From assembly GCA_010030605.1 (NCBI GenBank), contig RHCK01000001.1, positions 1 to 32,525 on the forward strand: a DNA stretch of 32,525 nucleotides. The letters are read 5' to 3'. This document shows positions 23,789 through 31,045 of this stretch, piece after piece (within the stretch, counting starts at the first letter, position 1; each line of letters starts with the position of its first letter). Position numbers and translations under genes: made by a program. The stretch comes from Acidimicrobiia bacterium. Lineage in GTDB: Bacteria > Actinomycetota > Acidimicrobiia > Acidimicrobiales > Ilumatobacteraceae. Under the pieces are notes generated by a model. It saw only the letters and a list, made by a program, of their open reading frames with translations. It had not been told where the DNA came from and did no database searches.

Positions 23789-24451
23789 TCAGCGACTTCC
23801 GTACATTCGCAAAAGGGACACGTAATAGTCGATACGGAATTCACTACCCGCTCGGTCGTAATGGATTCCGTCGCCTTCGAGACGTTGAATGGGAGCATCG
23901 GTGGCCCAGTCGGCGACGAAGAAGTTGTTGGTGGTCGCCGCGGCGAAGTCCAGGGTGGCGTTGATCGCACGCGCCCGTGCGATGCAGTCCTTCATCTGCA
24001 GATTGACCCACACGACGATGTGTTGTTCATCGGCGATCGCCGCGATCCGCGCGATATTGGACTGCGTTTCTTCGATGGGCGCACCGAGGCACGCATCATG
24101 AGCACCCAGTGAGACGAGAGTCAGCCGCGGCAGTGCTCCGAGGTCTCGGAAGTTCTCGATGACATCGGCGCCCTCGGCGACGGACCGGTCCTCGGCGGTT
24201 TCGATGAGCGGGAACCAACCGATGTCGATGATCGCATCGGCCAGACCCAGACCCTCGGTGTCGCGCGTGAGAAAGTCCCCGACGATGAGCACCGTGGGCA
24301 CCGACGCCATGGTCGTGGTGGGAAGAGGCGGATACGTGGTGGGGGCTCCGGAGGCGATCGACGTGGTGGAGGCGTCCCGATCCGAGCCGGACGAGCATGC
24401 GACGAGAGTGATCCCGATGATCACGAGGATCGAACGAGGAATACGACGCAT
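23789..24451 (-). CDS. SGNH/GDSL-hydrolase-like lipoprotein with an atypical block I (GDF instead of GDS)
   Basis: Lipobox ITLVAC-SSGS. Blocks read by eye: LIVGDFLT (I), SLGAHDA (III), GDGIHY (V). ATG 24451 lies 3 nt after the ispH stop. Confidence 0.65.
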   Translation of the reverse strand: MRRIPRSILVIIGITLVACSSGSDRDASTTSIASGAPTTYPPLPTTTMASVPTVLIVGDFLTRDTEGLGLADAIIDIGWFPLIETAEDRSVAEGADVIENFRDLGALPRLTLVSLGAHDACLGAPIEETQSNIARIAAIADEQHIVVWVNLQMKDCIARARAINATLDFAAATTNNFFVADWATDAPIQRLEGDGIHYDRAGSEFRIDYYVSLLRMYGSR

Positions 24452-24454
24452 GAC

Positions 24455-25489
24455 TCAGCCTTGTAGCGACGCCAAAACGTGGCTGGCGGCCAACGCGCGG
24501 TCGTCGACGAGGGGACGGTCGGCGAGTGAACCACCCGTCATCGCGGTGATCGCCGATTCGATCGCACTTTGCAGGTCACGGAGATTGCGTGGCGGCGGGA
24601 AGTACTCGTCCTCCTCGGTGATCCGCACCTCTTCGACGCCATGCCGAGGAGCGAGTCGGGCGATCACGGCGTCCACGAGCTCCTCGGGAGCCGAGGCCCC
24701 GGCGGTGACGCCGACGATTCCGTCCAAATCGTCGGGGATCTCCGATGCGGTGTTGACGCGGTACACACGATCGCAACCAGCCTCGCGCGCGAGGCGTTCG
24801 AGCGCGCGGGTGTTCGAGGAGTTCGCCGAGCCGATGACGACGATCGCGTTGCATCGAGTGGCCAGCGACATGAGGGCCGATTGACGGTTCGTGGTGGCGA
24901 AACAGAGATCGCTACGTCCCGGTGTCCAGACATCGGGGAAACGTTCCTTCACGCGCACCGCGACCTCGTCCCAGTCCCGATGCGACAAAGTGGTTTGGGC
25001 GAGCAAGGCGACGGGTTGTGCGAAGGTCGGCAGATCGTCGACTTCTTGGATCGATTCGACGCGTGAAATCGCGTCGGGAGCGACGGCCATGGTTCCGACG
25101 GCTTCTTCGTGACCTTCGTGACCCACGTACACGATGCGGTATCCCTTGCCGGCACGAACTTTGACTTCATGATGAACCTTGGTGACGAGAGGGCAGACCG
25201 AATCAACGACCACCGAACCACGTGAACGAGCGGCGGCCACGACCTCTGGTGCCGATCCATGCGCCGACAACATGATCGGTCGCCCTTCGGGAACATCATC
25301 GATGTCGTCCACGAAAACAACGCCAAGGTTCTCGAAGCGCTCGACGACGATCTTGTTGTGCACGATCTCGTGATAGCAGTACACCGGCGGCTCGAAACTG
25401 CGAACCATCCATGCCAATGCCTTGATCGCCATTTCGACTCCGGCACAGAACCCACGTGGAGCGGCGAGCAACACCATGTCCACGGGCAT
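24455..25489 (-). CDS. ispH: 4-hydroxy-3-methylbut-2-enyl diphosphate reductase
   Basis: APRGFCAGVEMAI, HEIVHN, SAHG and VCPLVTKVH motifs with the three cluster Cys positions of IspH/LytB. Confidence 0.93.
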   Translation of the reverse strand: MPVDMVLLAAPRGFCAGVEMAIKALAWMVRSFEPPVYCYHEIVHNKIVVERFENLGVVFVDDIDDVPEGRPIMLSAHGSAPEVVAAARSRGSVVVDSVCPLVTKVHHEVKVRAGKGYRIVYVGHEGHEEAVGTMAVAPDAISRVESIQEVDDLPTFAQPVALLAQTTLSHRDWDEVAVRVKERFPDVWTPGRSDLCFATTNRQSALMSLATRCNAIVVIGSANSSNTRALERLAREAGCDRVYRVNTASEIPDDLDGIVGVTAGASAPEELVDAVIARLAPRHGVEEVRITEEDEYFPPPRNLRDLQSAIESAITAMTGGSLADRPLVDDRALAASHVLASLQG

Positions 25490-25495
25490 GCGTGC

Positions 25496-25501
25496 AGGAT
25501 A
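25496..25501 (-). promoter_or_regulatory. Candidate -10 hexamer TATCCT (minus strand), 6 nt upstream of the ispH ATG (leaderless)
   Basis: Matches TANNNT. Confidence 0.35.
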
Positions 25502-25531
25502 ACGAACGACCTCGGCCCCGTCGTCGACCGG

Positions 25532-25537
25532 TAGCCT
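25532..25537 (+). promoter_or_regulatory. Candidate -10 hexamer TAGCCT, 6 nt upstream of ATG 25544
   Basis: Matches TANNNT. Would give a leaderless transcript starting at a 17-codon uORF. Confidence 0.3.
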
Positions 25538-25543
25538 CGCCGT

Positions 25544-25597
25544 ATGTCACTCGGAATCCGCCGCTTGGGTCGTCCTCCCGTGGAGTGGACCGCATGA
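25544..25597 (+). CDS. Candidate 17-codon leaderless uORF (MSLGIRRLGRPPVEWTA) ending in an ATGA overlap with the DUF512 gene start
   Basis: Read directly. TGA 25595-25597 overlaps ATG 25594-25596. Chance occurrence is quite possible. Confidence 0.2.
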   Translation: MSLGIRRLGRPPVEWTA

Positions 25598-27018
25598 AGC
25601 AGGCGGCTCCCACCGTGGTGGCCGTGACAACCGATTCCCCGGCCGCGACTGCCGGACTGTGTGTCGGTGACGAAGTCCGGTCGATCAATGGCATCGTTCC
25701 TCGCGACATCATCGAGTGGCGCCTGTTGGCCGACGACTCCGAGGTCGATCTGGAGGTCGTCCGCGGTGGTATCGAGCTCGTTCTCGAGATTCGCAAGCGG
25801 GCCGGTGAGACTCTCGGAGCGGAAGTCTCGAGCGCGCTGTTCGACCGGGTTCGCACGTGTGACAACCACTGTGCGTTCTGTTTCATTTATCAATTGCCGC
25901 AGGGGATGAGGCGCAGTCTCTACTTGAAAGACGACGACTACCGACTGAGTTTTCTCTACGGCAATTTCACCACCTTGACTCGCTTCACCGAAGCCGACCT
26001 CGAACGTGTGGTGACCGAGGGACTCTCACCGTTGAACGTGAGCATTCATGCCACCGATCCGATGGTGCGTTCGGAGATGTTGCGCAACCCGCGAGGTGGC
26101 ATGAGCCTGCGTTGGTTGAGGCAACTGTTGAACCATGGCATCGAAGTGAACGGACAACTGGTGGTGTGTCCCGGCGTGAACGATGGCGACGTGCTCGAGG
26201 ACACCATGGTCGGAATTCTGGACCGGTTTCCCGAACTCAAGTCGGTGGCCATCGTTCCTTTGGGCATCAGTCGATTCAACACCGAGTCGTCGATGCGGGC
26301 GCACACCAAAGCCGAGGCCGAGGCAGTCGTCGATCTCGTCGACCGTTGGCAACGAACGTTTCTCGACGTACTCGGGCGCCGATTGGTGTTCGCCGCCGAT
26401 GAGTACTACCTCATGGCCGAGCGTCCCTTTCCCGCCGGTGAGGACTACGAGGGCTTCGGGATGCACGAGGACGGCATCGGAATGGCGCGCACTTTCGAAT
26501 GGGAATTCACGGGGCGGCTGGAGGTGCCGACCGGGCCGCAGAGCGGGTTTTTCGCCTGGGTCGATGGTGCACCGGCCGAGGGATATCGAGCGGTCCGCAA
26601 CCCGGCCGGTGACACCGGACTGCGCGAGAGCGGAACATCGGTGCCGGTGTCGCTCGGTCGTAAATCGACCGTCGAATCATGCGCGTCCAATTCGAGCCTT
26701 CCGGTGGGAGTTCTCACGAGTTCATACGGTGCTCGGGTCATTGGTCCTCTCGTGGCGTCCCTGGGGCGCGGTGATGTTCGGGTGATCGAGGTTCCGAACA
26801 CCTACTTCGGTGGCAACACGGGTGTCACCGGCTTGATGGTGGGCGAGGACATATCGCGGGTTCTCGCAGGTGAACCGACCGGTCACCGGTACCTTGTACC
26901 CGATGTGTGCTTGTCCGAGGGTCGGTTTCTCGATGGTCTCACCGTGGCCGATCTCCCGCGCGAGGTGGAGATCATTCCCACCGACGGCATTTCCCTTCGT
27001 CGTGCGTTGGGTGGATGA
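25594..27018 (+). CDS. PDZ domain / radical SAM / DUF512 protein
   Basis: N-terminal PDZ-like segment (AATAGLCVGDEVRSINGI), canonical CxxxCxxC (CDNHCAFC) and a long C-terminal DUF512-like region. ATG 25594 lies 8 nt after GGAG. Confidence 0.85.
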   Translation: MKQAAPTVVAVTTDSPAATAGLCVGDEVRSINGIVPRDIIEWRLLADDSEVDLEVVRGGIELVLEIRKRAGETLGAEVSSALFDRVRTCDNHCAFCFIYQLPQGMRRSLYLKDDDYRLSFLYGNFTTLTRFTEADLERVVTEGLSPLNVSIHATDPMVRSEMLRNPRGGMSLRWLRQLLNHGIEVNGQLVVCPGVNDGDVLEDTMVGILDRFPELKSVAIVPLGISRFNTESSMRAHTKAEAEAVVDLVDRWQRTFLDVLGRRLVFAADEYYLMAERPFPAGEDYEGFGMHEDGIGMARTFEWEFTGRLEVPTGPQSGFFAWVDGAPAEGYRAVRNPAGDTGLRESGTSVPVSLGRKSTVESCASNSSLPVGVLTSSYGARVIGPLVASLGRGDVRVIEVPNTYFGGNTGVTGLMVGEDISRVLAGEPTGHRYLVPDVCLSEGRFLDGLTVADLPREVEIIPTDGISLRRALGG

Positions 27019-27021
27019 ACG

Positions 27022-28377
27022 ATGACCGAGATCCAAGAGACTCAGTTGCCGGTCGTGGTGATCGTGGGCCGGCCGAACGTGGGCAAGAGCACCCTTTTCA
27101 ATCGTTTCATCGGGGAGCAGGCCGCGATCGTCGAAGACCGCCCCGGGGTCACCCGTGATCGCAAGGAGTTGGAAGCCGAATGGTTGGGGCGTCGATTCCG
27201 TTTGGTCGACACCGGTGGGTGGTTGCCGGCCGGATCGGAACTCGATGCGAAGGTGAGCCGACAAGTCGAGGCCGCCGTGCGTTCGGCGGATCTCATCCTT
27301 TTTCTCACCGATGGCTCGGTGGGCGTCACCGACGAGGACGAAGCAGTGGCTTCGTGGCTCCGAAAGGTGAAGCCACCCGTGATGTTGGTGGTGAACAAAG
27401 CCGACAACGACCGTCGTGAAGCGGATCGATGGGAGTTCCTCGCTCTCGGATTGGGCGAGCCGTATCCGGTGAGCGCGTTGCACGGACGGCGTGCCGGTGA
27501 CTTGCTCGATGAGATCATCTCGCGCGTGCCCGATGCTCCACTGAGCGAGGAGTATCAGGAGTCGTACGGACTCGACGAGGACATCGTGGTGGTGGGGGAC
27601 CAGAAGCCGCCCCGAGTCGCTCTGATCGGTCGACCGAACGTGGGCAAGAGCACCCTGTTCAATCGACTAGTGGGCGAGGACCGCTCGGTGGTTCACGACA
27701 TGCCGGGCACCACGCGCGACGCCATCGACACGTTGGTCGAGACCGAGGACGGACCGGTCGTCTTCGTGGACACCGCCGGAATGCGCCGTCGCTCGCGCAT
27801 CGACGACACCGCCGAGTACTACTCGCTCGTTCGCGCTTTGCGGGCCGTCGATGCATCCGACATCGCACTCTTCGTGATCGACGCGACCCAAGGTGTCACC
27901 GCCCAGGATCAACGTCTCGCCGAACGTGTCGATGCCGCCGGCTGTCCGATCGTGATCTTGTTGAACAAGTGGGAACTGATCGAGGACCTCGAGGATCGCG
28001 AACGCATCGAACTCGAAGTGAAACGCAAGTTGTACTTCATGGACGACGCGCCGGTGTTGAAGATCTCGGCGTTGACGGGCAAGGGCGTGCACAAACTCCG
28101 ACCGGTGCTGCAAGAGGCGATCGAGCAGTATCACCGCCGTGTTCCCACGCGCGACGTGAATCGCGTGATCGCCGATGCCCAACAGCGCCAGCCAGCCGCC
28201 GGAGGCGCCAAGGTCATGTACGCGATCCAAGGGGCCACCGATCCGCCGACGTTCACGTTGTTCGTCAACCGCGAACTTCCTCACACCTATTTGCGGTATC
28301 TCGAACGCTCCATTCGCGAGGCATTCGGTTTCGGCTCGACACCGCTGAAGTTGCGCGTACGCAAGCGAGGCGACTGA
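27022..28377 (+). CDS. der: Ribosome-biogenesis GTPase Der (EngA), tandem GTPase domains
   Basis: Two G domains (GRPNVGKSTLFN twice; DTGG/DTAG; NKAD/NKWE) and a KH-like C-terminus. Confidence 0.95.
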   Translation: MTEIQETQLPVVVIVGRPNVGKSTLFNRFIGEQAAIVEDRPGVTRDRKELEAEWLGRRFRLVDTGGWLPAGSELDAKVSRQVEAAVRSADLILFLTDGSVGVTDEDEAVASWLRKVKPPVMLVVNKADNDRREADRWEFLALGLGEPYPVSALHGRRAGDLLDEIISRVPDAPLSEEYQESYGLDEDIVVVGDQKPPRVALIGRPNVGKSTLFNRLVGEDRSVVHDMPGTTRDAIDTLVETEDGPVVFVDTAGMRRRSRIDDTAEYYSLVRALRAVDASDIALFVIDATQGVTAQDQRLAERVDAAGCPIVILLNKWELIEDLEDRERIELEVKRKLYFMDDAPVLKISALTGKGVHKLRPVLQEAIEQYHRRVPTRDVNRVIADAQQRQPAAGGAKVMYAIQGATDPPTFTLFVNRELPHTYLRYLERSIREAFGFGSTPLKLRVRKRGD

Positions 28378-28647
28378 ATGCCGTTTTGCGAGGAATGCGC
28401 GAAGTATTGGGCGCCTTCGTCGATGCGCGAGGACGGTTCGTGTCCGTCGTGCGGACGAGTTCTCGAGACGCCGAAGGTGGCCAGCACCACTCCGACCCAT
28501 CGTCGAGTCACTGCCGAGAATCTGGACATTCGCAAATTGGCATCGGGTGAGGTCGACGTGGACGCCAAGGCGCCGTGGCACTTCAAACTGCTGGTGGTGG
28601 CGTTGTGCGTTTACCTTGGCTGGCGGGTGGTCGACCTGTTTCTGTGA
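28378..28647 (+). CDS. Small zinc-ribbon (CxxC...CxxC) protein with a C-terminal TM helix, function unknown
   Basis: MPFCEECAKYW...CPSCGRV then HFKLLVVALCVYLGWRVVDLFL. ATG directly follows the der TGA, with GAGG upstream. Third-position GC looks coding-like. Confidence 0.6.
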   Translation: MPFCEECAKYWAPSSMREDGSCPSCGRVLETPKVASTTPTHRRVTAENLDIRKLASGEVDVDAKAPWHFKLLVVALCVYLGWRVVDLFL

Positions 28648-28693
28648 CTCGTCACCCCGATAGGGTGGCCAGCACATATCGCCGCACACATCT

Positions 28694-28770
28694 CGGGCTG
28701 TGGCGCAGCTTGGTAGCGCGCTTGACTGGGGGTCAAGAGGTCGCAGGTTCAAGTCCTGTCAGCCCGACCA
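28694..28770 (+). tRNA. tRNA-Pro (anticodon GGG), CCA encoded
   Basis: Cloverleaf folded by hand: acceptor CGGGCTG/CAGCCCG, D stem GCGC/GCGC, anticodon stem CTTGA/TCAAG with loop CTGGGGG, T arm GCAGG-TTCAAGT-CCTGT, discriminator A plus CCA. Confidence 0.9.
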
Positions 28771-28776
28771 ACGAAT

Positions 28777-28827
28777 GCCCCGGGGTCTTTCAGGCCCCGG
28801 GGCGTTTTCGTTCTCGCGAGTGAAAAC
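28777..28827 (+). terminator. Rho-independent terminator after the tRNA (GCCCCGGGG-loop-CCCCGGGGC then GTTTTCGTT), followed by a second overlapping hairpin
   Basis: 9-bp GC stem 28777-28785 / 28794-28802 plus a T-rich tail. A second imperfect hairpin, GTTTTC...GAAAAC, lies at 28804-28827. Confidence 0.75.
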
Positions 28828-28866
28828 CTTTGCTCGCGTTTCCCGTCCCGTGAACCGTCGCGGCAC

Positions 28867-28872
28867 TACCGT
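28867..28872 (+). promoter_or_regulatory. Candidate -10 hexamer TACCGT, 7 nt upstream of ATG 28880 (leaderless)
   Basis: Matches TANNNT. Confidence 0.35.
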
Positions 28873-28879
28873 TGTGCAA

Positions 28880-31039
28880 ATGGCCGCCCCCACCTCGCGC
28901 ACCTTGTCCGAATCAGCGTCGAAGGACTTGTTGCGATCGTTCGGAGTGCCGATGGCCGACGAGCGCGAGGTGACCGACGCCGCGGGCGCGCTGGCCGCGG
29001 CCGCCGAACTGGGATTCCCGGTGGTGGCGAAGTTGTGCGGAGATGCGATCGCCCACAAGACCGAACGCGGTTTGGTGCGTTTGAAATTGGGGTCCGAGGA
29101 TGCGGTGCGTCAGGCCGCCGCGGAATTGTTGGCGGCCGCTCGACCCGATGATGGTCCCGTGACGGTGCTCGTGGCCCCGATGGTTCAGGGCAACCGGGAA
29201 CTCATCGCCGGAGTGGTTCGCGACGCTCAATTCGGCGCCAGCGTGATGTTGGGAGTGGGCGGAATCCTGGCCGAGGCCGTGGCCGACGTCGTGTTTCGGC
29301 CCGCACCACTCGATCGTGTGACCGCGGGCGAGATGATTTCGGATCTCGCCACTCAAAAGTTGCTCGGTGAATTCCGAGGAGAGGCGGCCATCGATCGTGA
29401 ACGCCTGATCGATGTTCTCGTGGGGCTCGGACGGCTGGCCCATGAGCGATCCGATGTGGCGAGCGTCGATGTCAATCCCTTGATCGTGCGCGCCGATGGA
29501 ACGCCCGTGGCGGTCGATGCCCTCGTCGAACTCGCGGAGTCGTCCGTCGAGCGGTCGGTCGCTCGACCCCGGCCGACCGATGACCAATTCCGGGCCTTGT
29601 TCGAACCCCGTGGAGTTCTGGTGACCGGAGCGTCGACGCATCCGGGCAAGTTCGGGTTCGTGTCGTTGCACAACATCCTCGCCGGCGGCTACGCCGGCGG
29701 GTTGTACGGCACCAATCTGCAAGGAGAAACGGTTCTCGGCGTCAAGACGGTGGCCGACATCGCCGAACTGCCCGACGACAAGATCGATCTCGTCTTCGTG
29801 TGCACTCCGGCCTCGGCCAATCCGGATTTGTTGCGAGCCTGCGCCGCCAAAGGAGTCAAGGCGGCCTTTCTGACCTCGGCCGGATACGGCGAGGCCGGTG
29901 AGGAAGGAAAAAAGTCCGAACTCGAACTGATCGCGCTCGCCGACGAGTTGGGAATTCTTCTGGCGGGACCGAACGGGCAAGGCGTGGTCAGCACTCCGGC
30001 CAAACTGTGCGCCCAGATCGTGGCCCCGTACCCGCCTCCGGGACGCATTGGCGTGGCGAGTCAGAGTGGAAACTTCGTGTCGTCGTTCATGAATTACGCG
30101 CGCGCGACCGGAGTCGGAATCAGTCGCGCGGTGTCGGCCGGAAATGCGGCGGCCGTGACCGTGGCCGACTATCTGGATTTCTACGCCGACGATCCCGCGA
30201 CATCGGTCGGTTTGGCCTACGTCGAAGGCATCGCCGACGGACGCACACTCATGACACGGTTGGCGTCCGTGGCGGCGCGCAAACCCCTGGTGCTCGTGAA
30301 GGGTGGCGCGACCGAAGGTGGTGCCAAGGCCGCCGCGTCGCACACCGGAGCTCTGGCCGCCAACGACAAGGTGTTCGACGGATTCTGTCGCGCCGCCGGT
30401 ATCACGCGAGCGGCCACGGTGGAGGAAGCGTTCGAGGCGGCGGCAACTTTTGCGACTCAGCCGCTGCCGGCCGGACCGAACGTGGTGGTCATGACCACCG
30501 CCGGTGGTTGGGGTGTCGTGACGTCCGACGCGATCACGCGTGATGGTCAACTGAATCTGATGGAGTTGCCCGATGACCTACGTCGAATGATCGACACGAA
30601 GTTGCCACCCCGTTGGAGCAAGGGGAACCCGGTGGACTGTGCCGGCGGCGAAACCCGCGACACGATTCCCGAGGTTCTCGAGATGATCGCCACGCATCCC
30701 GATGTTCACGCCATCATCTACCTGGGCATCGGCATTCAATCGAACCAAGCGCGTTTGATGCGCGAGGGCGGCTTCCACCCCGATCACGGGCTGGATCGCA
30801 TCGTCGCCTATCACGAACGACAGGACCAACGTTTCGCCGAGGCAGCCGATGAACTTTCGCGTCGCACCGGCAAGCCGATTCTGACCGCGACCGAATTGGC
30901 CACCGCCGATCCGGAGAACCCCGGTCCGGCCACCGTGCGCGCCACGGGCCGCTTGTGTTATCCGTCCGGCAATCGTGCGGTGACGGCTCTCGGTCATTTG
31001 TATCGTGCGGCCCAGTACCGCTCACGGCGAGGTCGTTGA
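28880..31039 (+). CDS. Acetate--CoA ligase (ADP-forming)/NDP-forming acyl-CoA synthetase family protein, ATP-grasp part N-terminal
   Basis: N-terminal ATP-grasp-like segment (SESASKDLLRSFGVPM...GFPVVAKL...HKTERGLVRL), then a CoA-binding Rossmann segment (VLVTGASTHPGKFG...LVFVCTPA...) and a ligase-CoA-like segment. ATG 28880 chosen because ORF 28700.. overlaps the tRNA. Confidence 0.85.
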   Translation: MAAPTSRTLSESASKDLLRSFGVPMADEREVTDAAGALAAAAELGFPVVAKLCGDAIAHKTERGLVRLKLGSEDAVRQAAAELLAAARPDDGPVTVLVAPMVQGNRELIAGVVRDAQFGASVMLGVGGILAEAVADVVFRPAPLDRVTAGEMISDLATQKLLGEFRGEAAIDRERLIDVLVGLGRLAHERSDVASVDVNPLIVRADGTPVAVDALVELAESSVERSVARPRPTDDQFRALFEPRGVLVTGASTHPGKFGFVSLHNILAGGYAGGLYGTNLQGETVLGVKTVADIAELPDDKIDLVFVCTPASANPDLLRACAAKGVKAAFLTSAGYGEAGEEGKKSELELIALADELGILLAGPNGQGVVSTPAKLCAQIVAPYPPPGRIGVASQSGNFVSSFMNYARATGVGISRAVSAGNAAAVTVADYLDFYADDPATSVGLAYVEGIADGRTLMTRLASVAARKPLVLVKGGATEGGAKAAASHTGALAANDKVFDGFCRAAGITRAATVEEAFEAAATFATQPLPAGPNVVVMTTAGGWGVVTSDAITRDGQLNLMELPDDLRRMIDTKLPPRWSKGNPVDCAGGETRDTIPEVLEMIATHPDVHAIIYLGIGIQSNQARLMREGGFHPDHGLDRIVAYHERQDQRFAEAADELSRRTGKPILTATELATADPENPGPATVRATGRLCYPSGNRAVTALGHLYRAAQYRSRRGR

Positions 31040-31045
31040 CCGAAC

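Noticed and set aside
28700-28879. N-terminal extension of ORF 28700..31039
   Set aside because: It would read through tRNA-Pro and its terminator hairpin. The internal ATG 28880, preceded by TACCGT, gives a sensible ATP-grasp N-terminus.
28913-30550. 545-aa minus-strand ORF
   Set aside because: It is antisense to the ACD-family gene. The Arg/His/Gly-rich translation shows no domain signatures.
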